From assembly GCA_002308075.1 (NCBI GenBank), contig DBUU01000114.1, forward strand, positions 24,552-88,551: 64,000 nt of DNA, in the 5' to 3' direction. This DNA comes from Alteromonadaceae bacterium UBA1282. GTDB lineage: Bacteria; Pseudomonadota; Gammaproteobacteria; Enterobacterales; Alteromonadaceae. The notes beneath the pieces were generated by a model. The model made no database searches and was not told the DNA's origin. It saw nothing but the letters and a program-made list of their open reading frames with translations. Below are positions 29,205 to 39,758 of this stretch, piece after piece; position 1 is the stretch's first letter, and each line of letters begins with the position of its first letter. The position numbers and the translations under genes were made by a program.

Positions 29205-29765
29205 TTATACCTGCATGAACTCTTCAAACAGCTGGGTCAGATCGTGATTTGAAAAGGGTTTGGTAAGGGTGGCGTCAGCGCCGAGTTCTTTAGCCTTTTC
29301 CAGGCTCGCGTCATCAAGCGCCGAAATCACTATAATTTTCAGGCCACGTTGTGACTCTTGTTCACGGGTGTATTGCAATACACTATAGCCGTCCATTCCG
29401 GGCATGCTTAAATCAAGGGTCATCACCCGTGGCGAGTGCTGGCTCAGCATCATGCCTGCCTGAAATCCGCCGGTGGCAATCAGCGTGTCGTAACCTGCGC
29501 GACGCGCCACCCGCTGGATAGATTTAGCTACCGGTAGTTCGTCATCAACAATCAGGATGAGTGGTGAAGCCTCGGGCTTCAGGTTATCCGGTATCGGCAT
29601 ATTATGGCGTTCCAGAAAATCGATAAAATCGTTGATCAGAACCCGGTTGTTACCACGACCTGGTAATTTAAACCCTTTTAACTTGCCGCTTTCCAACCAT
29701 CGGATAACCGTTCGGAGATTAACGTCACAATATTCGGCAATTTCGCCGGATGTCAGTGTTTTCAC
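29205..29765 (-). CDS. HTH_17 (Xis/BldC-like) DNA-binding domain fused to a receiver domain
   Basis: LTSGEIAEYCDVNLRTVIRWLESGKL N-terminus; IVDDE, LDLSMPGMDG, LTKPF; GAGG RBS, GTG start. Confidence 0.85.
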   Translation of the reverse strand: MKTLTSGEIAEYCDVNLRTVIRWLESGKLKGFKLPGRGNNRVLINDFIDFLERHNMPIPDNLKPEASPLILIVDDELPVAKSIQRVARRAGYDTLIATGGFQAGMMLSQHSPRVMTLDLSMPGMDGYSVLQYTREQESQRGLKIIVISALDDASLEKAKELGADATLTKPFSNHDLTQLFEEFMQV

Positions 29766-29820
29766 AGTTGATCCTCGTTGCTTAAGTTTTCATCGAGACC
29801 CATTTATAGCATTGTTAATC

Positions 29821-29891
29821 AAATATGGCAATTAAGCAATATGTATAATTTGCGACATTAGTGACATTGTGCTAATTTGTGACAACAACAT
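29821..29891. repeat. Phased ~9-bp imperfect direct-repeat array in a divergent promoter region
   Basis: AAATatggc AATTaagc AATAtgtat AATTtgcga CATTagtga CATTgtgct AATTtgtga CAACaacat. Confidence 0.6.
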
Positions 29892-29953
29892 GAATTATCT
29901 GTCTGCAAGGAATCGCACATCGGATTATTGTTATCATAAAAGAGGTAGATAGC

Positions 29954-31645
29954 ATGGCTTGTGATACCCAGAGTGCTAGTCCAGAAAAAGCACTTAATTT
30001 ACTGCTGGTAGATGACGAAAAAGGCGTGGTCAACGCCCTCAAACGTGAACTTAAAGATCTTAACTGCTGCATCACTACAACCACTTCTGGTCGCAAAGCT
30101 ATGTCTGTATTGCGCGAGCAGGATGTCGCTCTGTTAATCACCGATCATAAGATGCCTGACGTGAATGGCGTCGATCTGGTGCGATTTGCTAAACAATACT
30201 CTCCCGATACGCACATCTTTATGCTCAGCGGTGAAGGCGATTTACAGGCGGCAGTAGAATTACTCAATCAGCGTATGCTGACAAAGTATCTCACCAAGCC
30301 CTGGAATCGCCAGGATTTGCGTAATGAAGTGGTAAAAGTGCTTAATCAGTGCAGCGAGGGAGGACAAAAAACATCGGCGCAACAACTGGCCGACTTTGAT
30401 CACGAAAATGATAAGCCAAATCTGCGTGATTACGAGTCGGTGGTGCTGATTAAGCTTATGAACGTTTCAGACATCAGCCTGGCCCATGGGGAAGCTGCAT
30501 CGCTGGATACCGAAGCCTATATTGGCCAGCGTCTGGAATATATGGTCACGCAGCCACACTTGCTACAACGCACTCAGGCTGGAGTGTTTGCGCTGTATCT
30601 TAAAGAATCCACCACCGAAATAACGCGCTCTCTGTGTTGCCAGATTCGCCAGCAGTTGCAGCGTACCTTTGCCATCAAAGGGGTATCAGTATTTTGCCAC
30701 ATAGGCGTGGGGTTTCGAAACCTCAGGGATTCGCAGCTTGACCACGATATTCTGATCAGCAGCCTGGTTGATACCATCGTTCGCGACAGTCATCGTATCA
30801 GTATTTCGCAGCTGGATAACTCCACTATTACGCAGTACCGTCGACAGCAGCAGCTCAGCGCAGAGGTGCAAAGTGGATTGCGGAATCAGGAGTTTAAGCT
30901 GGCCTATCAGCCCAAAGTGCAGCTGAGCTCGGGGATGATTAATAGTGCTGAAGTGCTGCTGCGCTGGCAACATCACAGTTTAGGCTGGGTTCCCCCTTCA
31001 GAGTTCGTTCGCCTGGCGGAGCTGGACGGTCAGATAGAAGCCATTGGCGAATGGGTACTGGATCAGGGGTTTAAAGTCGCCAGCGAACTAAGACGCTTTA
31101 GTGCTGAGCTCGACAGTATTGCGATTAATATCTCTGCCAAACAGTTACAGTCTTCGCGTATTGTGGAGTTTATTGGTGAGCGTTTGCAGCACTATTATCT
31201 GCCTCCTTCATTTATTGAACTTGAACTGACCGAAACCGCCCTGGCTGAAAACTCTCACTACCTTGAAGAGCTTCTTTGGCAACTCAAGTTACTCGGAGTG
31301 AGACTTGCCGTTGATGATTTTGGCGCTGGCTTTACGTCGTTTTCGTACCTGTCTAAATTGCCCATCGATACCCTGAAGCTCGACAAGGTCATGATTGATA
31401 ATCTGCATACCGACAGTCCCCGGCAGGAATTTATCCACAATCTGATTGTGAGCTGTAAGAAGCTGGGTATTGAAGTGGTTGCTGAAGGCGTGGAGGAAGA
31501 GGCAGACTTGCGTTGCCTTCAGGCTATGCACTGCGACAAAATTCAGGGGTACATTTTTAGCCCGGCAGTCTCCCGCCAGGAATTAGAAAAGCTCATGATA
31601 AGACAGCCTTTCTATGCCAAATTTAAGGCGCAACAGGGGAGTTAA
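29954..31645 (+). CDS. REC / degenerate GGDEF / EAL phosphodiesterase
   Basis: LVDDE, ITDHKMP; AEVLLRW, DDFGAGFTS, KLD, AEGVE, IQGY; no GGDEF motif. Confidence 0.88.
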   Translation: MACDTQSASPEKALNLLLVDDEKGVVNALKRELKDLNCCITTTTSGRKAMSVLREQDVALLITDHKMPDVNGVDLVRFAKQYSPDTHIFMLSGEGDLQAAVELLNQRMLTKYLTKPWNRQDLRNEVVKVLNQCSEGGQKTSAQQLADFDHENDKPNLRDYESVVLIKLMNVSDISLAHGEAASLDTEAYIGQRLEYMVTQPHLLQRTQAGVFALYLKESTTEITRSLCCQIRQQLQRTFAIKGVSVFCHIGVGFRNLRDSQLDHDILISSLVDTIVRDSHRISISQLDNSTITQYRRQQQLSAEVQSGLRNQEFKLAYQPKVQLSSGMINSAEVLLRWQHHSLGWVPPSEFVRLAELDGQIEAIGEWVLDQGFKVASELRRFSAELDSIAINISAKQLQSSRIVEFIGERLQHYYLPPSFIELELTETALAENSHYLEELLWQLKLLGVRLAVDDFGAGFTSFSYLSKLPIDTLKLDKVMIDNLHTDSPRQEFIHNLIVSCKKLGIEVVAEGVEEEADLRCLQAMHCDKIQGYIFSPAVSRQELEKLMIRQPFYAKFKAQQGS

Positions 31646-31695
31646 TCTGACAGTTTAAAAAGCTTGACGTAGCGCAATGACTGACTTTTTGACAG

Positions 31696-31724
31696 CTTGA
31701 AAACCTTACTTCGGCCAACCATAT
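31696..31724 (+). promoter_or_regulatory. Probable sigma-32 promoter of hsp20
   Basis: CTTGAAA-N14-AACCATAT upstream of a small heat-shock gene. Confidence 0.55.
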
Positions 31725-31823
31725 TTATGATGCAGGGAGCAATAAATTCCCTCATCATTAAACGATTAGGGACAGTACCTGAGGACAGGTTAGCTAACTA
31801 TCGGTAACGATTAAGGAGGGGTT

Positions 31824-32285
31824 ATGAGCTTATTTCCAAGTGTGTTTGGTCGTAATCACCCTGGTGCATTAAAAGGCGAAATTGATCGTGTTTTTGATGA
31901 TTTCTTTGCTGGTTTTCCGGCTATGGCAGGCTTCGCCGCTGGCGATAACGGTTATATGCCGGCGCTGGATTTAAAAGAAACAAAAGAAGGCCTTGAGTTA
32001 ACTGCAGACTTGCCGGACATGAACAAAGAAGATATTCATCTGGAAGTTCAGCAAGACCGTTTAGTGTTATCAGGTATGCGTAAGCAGGAACAGGAATCCA
32101 CAACAGACGAAGGCTTTCATGTCAGAGAGCGTCGCAGTGGCAGCTTCAGGCGGGTTGTCGCCTTACCCTTTGCCGTTAACGACAATGCTGATGTGGTAGC
32201 ACGGTATAACAACGGTGTGTTACGGGTTCTTATCCCACGTCCGGCTAATCCGGTTGATAATACGCAGCGTGTCAGTATCAGTTAG
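31824..32285 (+). CDS. Hsp20/alpha-crystallin small heat-shock protein
   Basis: PALDLKE, ERRSGSFRR, ARYNNGVL. Confidence 0.92.
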   Translation: MSLFPSVFGRNHPGALKGEIDRVFDDFFAGFPAMAGFAAGDNGYMPALDLKETKEGLELTADLPDMNKEDIHLEVQQDRLVLSGMRKQEQESTTDEGFHVRERRSGSFRRVVALPFAVNDNADVVARYNNGVLRVLIPRPANPVDNTQRVSIS

Positions 32286-32381
32286 GCCCGGTTGCAGTGC
32301 ATTTATTTTCGCGCGGATTGCAGCGCTAATGCCTGAAATGCCACTGACTGAACCAAAGTGAATCCATCACGTAAAAAGTCC

Positions 32382-32412
32382 AGGCCCCGCTCGCTGCGGG
32401 GCTTGTTTTTTT
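32382..32412 (+). terminator. Terminator after hsp20
   Basis: AGGCCCCGC-TCGCT-GCGGGGCTT then T-run. Confidence 0.7.
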
Positions 32413-32430
32413 AGCCTTTGAACCCCATCA
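32402..32430 (+). promoter_or_regulatory. Probable sigma-32 promoter of prlC
   Basis: CTTGTT-N15-CCCCATCA; prlC is RpoH-regulated in E. coli; supports the start at 32472. Confidence 0.55.
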
Positions 32431-32471
32431 CTAAAGCAATATTAATTTGGCAACGGATCCTAATAACGACT

Positions 32472-34517
32472 ATGACTACACTTGCACTCGAACAGGTAGA
32501 TGGCCTGCCACGTTTTTCTCAAATTACCCCGGATCAGGTGAAGCCTGCGGTTACCAAAGCAATTGAAGATTGTAAGCAAACCATCGAGGCGGTAGTTGCC
32601 AGTGGTGATTATTCTTATGCCAATGTGGTAAGCAAAATCGATGAAGCCGACGATGTACTGGGCAAAGTCTGGTCGCCGGTGTCGCACATGAATTCGGTAG
32701 TCAGCAGCGATGAACTGCGTGAAGCCCACGATGCCTGTTTACCGCTGCTGTCGGAATACGGCACCTGGGTGGGGCAGCATGAAGGGTTGTTTCAGGCATA
32801 CAAGGCCCTGCGCGACAGCGATGAGTATCTGCAACTGGATGAATCGCAGCGTAAGGTTATTGATAACACGTTACGCGACTTCACCTTGTCTGGTGTGGCG
32901 CTGCCGGCTGAGAAAAAACAGCGTTTTGCGCAAATTCAGGCGCGTTTATCTGAGTTATCGTCGACCTTCAGCAATAATGTGATGGATGCCACCATGGGCT
33001 GGACCAAACATATTACCGATGAGTCAGAGCTGGCCGGGTTGCCAGAGTCGGCGCTCGACGCCGCGCAACAGGCTGCCCATCAGAAAGATTTACAGGGCTG
33101 GTTGTTCACGCTGGATATTCCCAGCTATTTGCCGGTAATGTTGTATGCCGATAACCGTGCGCTGCGCGAGGAAATGTACCGTGCTTATGCAACCCGTGCA
33201 TCCGATCAGGGGCCGAATGCCGGTGAGTGGGATAACACTGAAATTATCAACGAAACGCTGGCCCTGCGTTCAGAAATCGCATCACTATTAGGCTTTGCCA
33301 GCTACGCAGAGCGCTCTCTGGCTACCAAAATGGCCAATTCAACCTCACAGGTAGTGGGCTTTCTGCGCGACCTCGCGGCAAAGTCCAAACCCCAGGCAGA
33401 AAAAGAACTGGCAGAAGTGCGGGCTTACGCTGCTGAAAAGCATCAGATGGACGAACTTGAAGCCTGGGATGTACCCTATTACAGCGAGAAACTGAAGCAG
33501 GAGCGTTACAGTATTTCAGATGAAATACTGCGGCCGTATTTCCCCCAGAGCAAAGCGCTGGCCGGCTTATTTACGGTGGTAGAGAAACTCTATGGCCTGA
33601 CTATTACCGAAGTCGAAAATGCCGATACCTGGCACAAAGATGTGCGCCTGTTCTCTATTACCGACAAAGACGACACCCTGCGCGGGCAGTTCTACCTCGA
33701 CCTCTACGCTCGTCCTAAAAAGCGTGGCGGCGCCTGGATGGATGAGTGCCGTGTGCGCCGTTTTCAGGCCAGTGGCGATCTGCAAACACCGGTGGCGTAC
33801 CTCACCTGTAACTTCAACGGGCCGGTCGGCGATAAGCCAGCCCTGTTTACCCATGATGAAGTGGTAACCTTATTCCACGAATTTGGTCATGGTATTCATC
33901 ACATGCTTACGCAAATGTCAGTGCCCGGGGTATCCGGCATTAATGGCGTGCCATGGGATGCGGTTGAATTACCCAGTCAGTTCCTGGAAAACTGGTGCTG
34001 GCAGGAAGAAGCTCTGGGCTTTATCTCCGGTCACTACGAAACCGGCGAGCCGCTACCTAAAGAATTACTGGATAAAATGCTGGCCGCCCGGGATTATCAG
34101 GCCGCTATGCAAATGATCCGTCAACTGGAGTTCAGCCTGTTCGACTTCCTGCTCCACATGGAAGACGGCGAGCATGTGGATGTTCAACAAGTGCTTTCGC
34201 AGGTTCGCAACGAAGTCGCCGTGCTTCAGCCACCGTCGTTCAATCGTTTCCAGCACAGCTTCGGGCACATCTTTGCCGGTGGTTATGCAGCCGGTTATTA
34301 CAGTTACAAATGGGCAGAAGTATTGTCTGCCGATGCGTTCAGCCGGTTCGAGGAAGAAGGGATCTTCAATCCGCAAACGGGTGCCGACTTCCTGCACAAT
34401 ATTCTTGAAATGGGCGGCAGTCGTGAGCCAATGGATTTATTTGTCGCCTTCAGAGGGCGCGAGCCTAAAGTAGACGCACTGCTTCGCCATAACGGTATTG
34501 CGGCGACAGGTGCCTGA
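32472..34517 (+). CDS. prlC: Oligopeptidase A (M3)
   Basis: HEFGH zinc motif, ELPSQFLENW, HIFAGGYAAGYYSYKWAE. Confidence 0.97.
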   Translation: MTTLALEQVDGLPRFSQITPDQVKPAVTKAIEDCKQTIEAVVASGDYSYANVVSKIDEADDVLGKVWSPVSHMNSVVSSDELREAHDACLPLLSEYGTWVGQHEGLFQAYKALRDSDEYLQLDESQRKVIDNTLRDFTLSGVALPAEKKQRFAQIQARLSELSSTFSNNVMDATMGWTKHITDESELAGLPESALDAAQQAAHQKDLQGWLFTLDIPSYLPVMLYADNRALREEMYRAYATRASDQGPNAGEWDNTEIINETLALRSEIASLLGFASYAERSLATKMANSTSQVVGFLRDLAAKSKPQAEKELAEVRAYAAEKHQMDELEAWDVPYYSEKLKQERYSISDEILRPYFPQSKALAGLFTVVEKLYGLTITEVENADTWHKDVRLFSITDKDDTLRGQFYLDLYARPKKRGGAWMDECRVRRFQASGDLQTPVAYLTCNFNGPVGDKPALFTHDEVVTLFHEFGHGIHHMLTQMSVPGVSGINGVPWDAVELPSQFLENWCWQEEALGFISGHYETGEPLPKELLDKMLAARDYQAAMQMIRQLEFSLFDFLLHMEDGEHVDVQQVLSQVRNEVAVLQPPSFNRFQHSFGHIFAGGYAAGYYSYKWAEVLSADAFSRFEEEGIFNPQTGADFLHNILEMGGSREPMDLFVAFRGREPKVDALLRHNGIAATGA

Positions 34518-35203
34518 TGGCGGCGGAACCATTTGCCGCTATCTATGCCCGGGCGGCTGAACGAAAGGGCGGCGAGCGGGGGCTGGAAGCGCTGGTTAGT
34601 CAGCCCTTATCACCGGCTGGCGTTAAAGCGTTGAGCGACGACAGGGTACTCTCGGCATTTACCAAAAAAGTCTTTCAGTCAGGCTTCGTATGGCGCGTGA
34701 TTGAGCAAAAGTGGCCGGAATTTGAAGCGCTGTTTTTTAACTTCGAGGTTGAAAAGGTGCTATTAATGTCCGATGAAATGCTCGAACAGCGGGCCACGGA
34801 TAAACGGATCGTGCGTAACCTTAAAAAAGTTATGACGATCCGCGACAACGCGCTGATGCTTAATGACATTCGTTTGTCGCACGGAAGCTTTGGTGAATTT
34901 GCCAGTCAGTTTACCGGCGCGGCTGTGATCGACTTGTGGGCCCACCTTAAAAAGCACGGAGCGCGACTGGGCGGCAACACCGGCCCTTATGCACTGCGTG
35001 CACTGGGAATCGACACGTTTCTACTGAGCCGTGATGTGGAAGGTTACTTTCGGGCTTATGATCTGATCAGTGGCGGCCTTACATCAAAGCAAAGCCTTAC
35101 CACTATCGCCAATACCTTTGCTGACTGGCAGGCCCAGAGTGGACGAAGCCTGCAAGAGCTGAGTCAGATTCTGGCCTACAGCTGCGGTGATAACCGCGTT
35201 TAA
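34517..35203 (+). CDS. DNA-3-methyladenine glycosylase I family protein
   Basis: VFQSGFVWRVIEQKWPEF, IVRNLKKV, LGGNTG. Confidence 0.8.
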   Translation: MAAEPFAAIYARAAERKGGERGLEALVSQPLSPAGVKALSDDRVLSAFTKKVFQSGFVWRVIEQKWPEFEALFFNFEVEKVLLMSDEMLEQRATDKRIVRNLKKVMTIRDNALMLNDIRLSHGSFGEFASQFTGAAVIDLWAHLKKHGARLGGNTGPYALRALGIDTFLLSRDVEGYFRAYDLISGGLTSKQSLTTIANTFADWQAQSGRSLQELSQILAYSCGDNRV

Positions 35204-35222
35204 ATAAACAAGGTCATCCGCC

Positions 35223-35903
35223 ATGGAAGAAAAGCACTACCCCTTTATTTTGTTTGACCTCGACGGCACGCTGGTAGACAGCGTGCCGGACCTGGCTTAT
35301 TGCGTAGATGTTGCTATGCAGACAGTAGGTTTGCCAACCCGTGGCGTTGAAGCCGTGCGCTGCTGGGTGGGCAACGGTATCGAGAAGCTTATGCAGCGCG
35401 CGGTATCAGGCAGCATGGACGAGCTGCCCGACGAGCGTCTGTTTACCCCCGCCTACCAGGCATTTATGGCCGCTTATAAAGCGCATAACGGCAAACGCAG
35501 CACCGTTTATGAGGGCGTGATACCGGCCCTGGAATGGTTAACGGCAAACGGCTATAAACTCGCTTGCGTGACTAACAAAGCCGAAGCGTTTACCTTGCCT
35601 TTGTTGGCCGAAAAAGGGCTGGACCGCTATTTTTCGGTAGTGGTGAGCGGTGATACCTGTGAGCACAAAAAGCCTCACGCAGACCCTTTGCTGTTAGCAT
35701 TGGATAAACTGGGTGGTAAGCCGTCGCAAGCGCTGATGATTGGTGACTCAAAATCGGATATTCATGCGGCGAGAGCCGCAGGTTGTGCGGTCTTCGCGTT
35801 ACCCTATGGGTATAACCACGGCGAGGACATTCAGCGTTATCACCCGGACAGGGTGTTAAACTCACTGGCCGAGTTACCGGCTGTAGTTGCGCCCGGTCAA
35901 TAA
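35223..35903 (+). CDS. gph: Phosphoglycolate phosphatase (HAD)
   Basis: DLDGTLVDS, VTNK, KKPHADP, IGDS, YGYNHG. Confidence 0.9.
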   Translation: MEEKHYPFILFDLDGTLVDSVPDLAYCVDVAMQTVGLPTRGVEAVRCWVGNGIEKLMQRAVSGSMDELPDERLFTPAYQAFMAAYKAHNGKRSTVYEGVIPALEWLTANGYKLACVTNKAEAFTLPLLAEKGLDRYFSVVVSGDTCEHKKPHADPLLLALDKLGGKPSQALMIGDSKSDIHAARAAGCAVFALPYGYNHGEDIQRYHPDRVLNSLAELPAVVAPGQ

Positions 35904-36043
35904 CATCAGGAAAGTCGTCATGAACAGGATGGTAAGCGCCCCCGGTTTTGGTTACACTTGCCGCATTGCATCAGCCGGCTCATCATTCTTTCTCGCGCTT
36001 TCAGGGTAATGAGATCCCGGACTCTAAAAAGAAGAATTTATCC

Positions 36044-36829
36044 ATGTCAGAACAACAAACACCAAATAGTGATGAAACCAGTTCATCTGAACAATCGACG
36101 CATTTCGGCTTTAAAACTGTCGACCGGACTAAAAAGGCGTCGATGGTAGCCGGTGTCTTTGATTCCGTTGCAGCCAAATACGATGTTATGAACGATTTTA
36201 TGTCGATGGGCATTCATCGTTTATGGAAACGCTACACCATAGATTGTAGTGGTATTAAGAGTGGCCAGAAGGTGCTCGATCTGGCGGGTGGAACCGGTGA
36301 TCTGGCTGCCAAATTTTCCCGTTTGGTTGGTCCGGCTGGTGAGGTAGTCCTGGCCGATATTAACCATTCCATGCTATCGGTTGGCCGTGACAAACTACGT
36401 GATAAAGGCGTGGTTGGCAATGTCAACTATGTGCAGGCGAATGCTGAAGCACTGCCATTTCCGGATAATCATTTTGATTTGGTAACCATGGCCTTTGGCC
36501 TGCGTAATGTTACCGATAAAGATAAAGCGCTGGCCTCGATCTTTCGGATTCTGAAACCCGGTGGCCGCCTGTTGGTGCTGGAGTTTTCCAAACCCACCAA
36601 CGAAATGCTGTCGAAAACCTACGACTGGTATTCATTTAATATCCTGCCCACCATGGGACAACTGGTTGCCAACGATCGCGAGAGTTACCAGTATCTGGCT
36701 GAGTCTATTCGCATGCACCCGGACCAGGATACGCTTAAATCCATGTTTGAGAATGCGGGCTTTGAACACTGTGATTACCAGAATCTGACCGGTGGAATTG
36801 TAGCCTTGCACCGGGGTTATAAATTTTAA
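36044..36829 (+). CDS. ubiE: Ubiquinone/menaquinone C-methyltransferase
   Basis: [31 protein letters not shown]; ATG 36044 preferred. Confidence 0.97.
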   Translation: MSEQQTPNSDETSSSEQSTHFGFKTVDRTKKASMVAGVFDSVAAKYDVMNDFMSMGIHRLWKRYTIDCSGIKSGQKVLDLAGGTGDLAAKFSRLVGPAGEVVLADINHSMLSVGRDKLRDKGVVGNVNYVQANAEALPFPDNHFDLVTMAFGLRNVTDKDKALASIFRILKPGGRLLVLEFSKPTNEMLSKTYDWYSFNILPTMGQLVANDRESYQYLAESIRMHPDQDTLKSMFENAGFEHCDYQNLTGGIVALHRGYKF

Positions 36830-37452
36830 TGCCCGCGGTACCTCTGCTTACTGCCACTATTGAAACAGCACTGAATAAAGTGCTGTCGCTTGATCCTGAC
36901 GCAGCGCCAAAGCTAAGCCAACTGCAAGGCAAGCGACTGGTAGTTGAGCTCGACGACCTGCAACAGCGCTTTGCCTTAGTGTTTTCCAGTAAGGTTGATG
37001 TGCTGGCTCTGGCCGATTCGCCGGGCCCGGCTGGTGATGATGAATGCATTATCAAAACCCGTTTGAGCGTACTACCCAGCCTTCGTGACACCAGTCAGTT
37101 AACCCGGTTGATTAAAAGCGGTGAGCTGGAAGTGAATGGCGAGCTGGCCATTGCTCAGGCGTTTTCTGGTTTACTACAGTCACTGAATATTGATTTGGAA
37201 GAGCAACTGGCCATTCGAACCAATGATGTAATTGCTCACGAGTTATTTGGTTTAGCAGCCAAAGCCCAGGCGCAGCTGCAGAAAGCCGGCCGTAAAGCCG
37301 AGGCCATTCTGGGTAGCGCTCTTACCGATGAAAAACAACTGGCGGCCCATAAACTGGCGGTGATGCATTTTTCCGATCAGGTGAGCAGTCTGCGTGATGA
37401 TGCCGAGCGTTTCGAAGCGCGTCTTGAGCGACTGGAACGGAGCAAACAGTAG
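36829..37452 (+). CDS. ubiJ: Ubiquinone biosynthesis accessory protein (SCP2 domain)
   Basis: Between ubiE and ubiB; SCP2-like N-terminus, coiled-coil C-terminus. Confidence 0.88.
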   Translation: MPAVPLLTATIETALNKVLSLDPDAAPKLSQLQGKRLVVELDDLQQRFALVFSSKVDVLALADSPGPAGDDECIIKTRLSVLPSLRDTSQLTRLIKSGELEVNGELAIAQAFSGLLQSLNIDLEEQLAIRTNDVIAHELFGLAAKAQAQLQKAGRKAEAILGSALTDEKQLAAHKLAVMHFSDQVSSLRDDAERFEARLERLERSKQ

Positions 37453-37457
37453 GAACT

Positions 37458-39089
37458 ATGCAGTTACTGAGGATTTACCATATTAACCGGGTCATGCTCG
37501 AGCATGGTCTGGACGAACTGATCCCAGCCAAGTGGTTGCCCTGGTATGTGCGCCTGATGCGCATGAGTATCTTTTGGATCCGTAACCAGCACAAAGAGAA
37601 AAATGCCGGCGCCCGGCTAACCCTGGCATTACAGGCGCTGGGACCGGTGTTTATTAAATTTGGTCAGATGTTGTCGACCCGGCGTGATTTACTGCCGCCG
37701 GAAATTGCCAATGAACTGGCCATGCTGCAGGACCGGGTAAAACCGTTTGACAGTGAGCGTGCCACGGCCATTATTCTTAAAGCGCTGAATATTGCTTCTC
37801 TCGATCAGGTGTTCAGCGAGTTTAGTGAAACACCACTTGCCTCGGCCAGTATTGCCCAGGTGCACGCGGCGAAACTGAAAGACTGCAACACCGACGTAGT
37901 GGTAAAAGTACTGCGACCCGATATTCGCAAAACTATTAAAGCCGATACCGAGCTAATGCTGACCTTTGCCAAAGTGCTGCAGAAGTGGTTACCTGATGGC
38001 AAGCGTTTGCGCCCGGTTGAAGTGGTTAAAGAGTACGAAAAAACTATTGTGGACGAACTCGACCTCAACCGCGAAGCGGCTAACGGTATGCAGTTAGGAC
38101 GCAATTTTGAAGGTTCCGAAGCCTTATACGTGCCCAGTATTTACAGTGATTACTGTACTAAAAACGTGTTGGTCATGGAGCGCATCTACGGCATTCCTAT
38201 TTCTAATATCGAAGCGCTGATAGAGCAGGATACCAATCTTCGAATTCTCGCCGAGCGCGGCGTTGAGGTGTTCTTTACCCAGGTATTCCGTGACAGCTTT
38301 TTCCACGCAGACATGCATCCGGGCAATATCTTTGTGTCGCGGGAAAACCCGCAAAATCCACAGTACATTGCCATCGACTTTGGCATTGTCGGCACCCTCA
38401 ACCAGGAAGACAAACGTTACCTGGCCGAGAACTTTATTGCGTTTTTCAATCGTGACTATCGAAAGGTCGCGCAATTACATGCCGATTCTGGCTGGGTACC
38501 CTCGGATACCAATATTGATGAATTTGAGGTAGCTATCCGCACGGTTTGCGAACCGATTTTCCAGAAGCCGCTGGCCGAAATCTCGTTTGGTAATGTGCTG
38601 GTTCAGCTATTTAATACCGCACGGCGTTTTAATATGGTGGTGCAGCCGCAACTGGTGTTGCTGCAAAAAACACTGCTTTATATAGAAGGCCTCGGCCGCC
38701 AGCTATATCCGCAGCTTGATTTATGGCAGACCGCCAAACCTTTCCTGGAAAACTGGATGCGCGAGCAAATTGGTGTAAGAGCAATGTTTTCCAAGGTGAA
38801 GTCTAACTTGCCGTACTGGAGCGAAAAGCTGCCGGATATGCCGGATTTGCTGTATGACACGCTTAAACAGGTGAAGCACTTTCCGGAAAAACAGCAGCAG
38901 GCTAATGCCGCACTATTGCAGCAACAAAAACGGGGACAGAAGGCGCTGCACTTTAGTATTGTGGGCGCGACTCTCATTATTGTAGCGGCGATTCTGCCGT
39001 TGTATCCGGCTCACTGGAGCCTGTCGGCCGGTTTGGCTTTACTGGGCAGTGGCTGCTGGTTTGTGGCCTGGTGGAAGGGCCGTCGCTGA
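37458..39089 (+). CDS. ubiB: Ubiquinone biosynthesis ABC1-family kinase-like protein
   Basis: [33 protein letters not shown]. Confidence 0.96.
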   Translation: MQLLRIYHINRVMLEHGLDELIPAKWLPWYVRLMRMSIFWIRNQHKEKNAGARLTLALQALGPVFIKFGQMLSTRRDLLPPEIANELAMLQDRVKPFDSERATAIILKALNIASLDQVFSEFSETPLASASIAQVHAAKLKDCNTDVVVKVLRPDIRKTIKADTELMLTFAKVLQKWLPDGKRLRPVEVVKEYEKTIVDELDLNREAANGMQLGRNFEGSEALYVPSIYSDYCTKNVLVMERIYGIPISNIEALIEQDTNLRILAERGVEVFFTQVFRDSFFHADMHPGNIFVSRENPQNPQYIAIDFGIVGTLNQEDKRYLAENFIAFFNRDYRKVAQLHADSGWVPSDTNIDEFEVAIRTVCEPIFQKPLAEISFGNVLVQLFNTARRFNMVVQPQLVLLQKTLLYIEGLGRQLYPQLDLWQTAKPFLENWMREQIGVRAMFSKVKSNLPYWSEKLPDMPDLLYDTLKQVKHFPEKQQQANAALLQQQKRGQKALHFSIVGATLIIVAAILPLYPAHWSLSAGLALLGSGCWFVAWWKGRR

Positions 39090-39402
39090 GTTCAAAACCT
39101 GACTGAAAGACCAAATTTTGCAGGCGAAACAGTTATTTCTATATGACCTTAAAATTAATTTTTAATGAATTTATAAGAGTTTGGGTGATTTTAGTATCAA
39201 TTTACTCAGGGTGTGGTTATAGTGGTATTGTTCTTTAAATAGTTGTGCTTTCGTTCGTTACTAACGTCGCGCAGTTATAAACGCTAATGGAAGTTAGCGC
39301 TGTATGACCTGTTTGATAGTTTTGCCGTGAGTCACCCCTAGTTAAAGAAGCAAGTTCGTGTCACATGGCACAAAGGTTTTACAGAGTTTTTTTGAGGTTT
39401 TC

Positions 39403-39612
39403 ATGTCTAAAGTAACTGGTACCGTTAAGTGGTTTAATGCTGAAAAAGGTTATGGCTTTTTAACGCAGGACGACGGCGGTAAAGACGTATTTGTTCATTT
39501 TCGTGCAATCATCTCCGATGGGTATAAAACCCTGGTAGAAGGTCAGAAAGTTCAATTTGAAGTTGAACAAGGACAAAAAGGTCTGCAGGCGGCTAACGTA
39601 CAAGCCATCTAA
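39403..39612 (+). CDS. Cold-shock protein (CspA family)
   Basis: [21 protein letters not shown]; GAGG RBS before ATG 39403; long AT-rich leader. Confidence 0.95.
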   Translation: MSKVTGTVKWFNAEKGYGFLTQDDGGKDVFVHFRAIISDGYKTLVEGQKVQFEVEQGQKGLQAANVQAI

Positions 39613-39622
39613 ATAATTTGTG

Positions 39623-39648
39623 AGGCCCCTACCGAAAGGTAGGGGCCT
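39623..39648 (+). terminator. Hairpin after the csp gene
   Basis: AGGCCCCTACC-GAAA-GGTAGGGGCCT 11-bp stem with GNRA loop. Confidence 0.8.
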
Positions 39649-39758
39649 TCTCTATTCTGAACCATCACTCTGGTGGTTTACTGGTAAACCAATCACACTA
39701 GCTGTGAGCGGTACGCTTACGTCCTGCATGGCGAATGTGTGTAAAGAGCATAGTGGCC

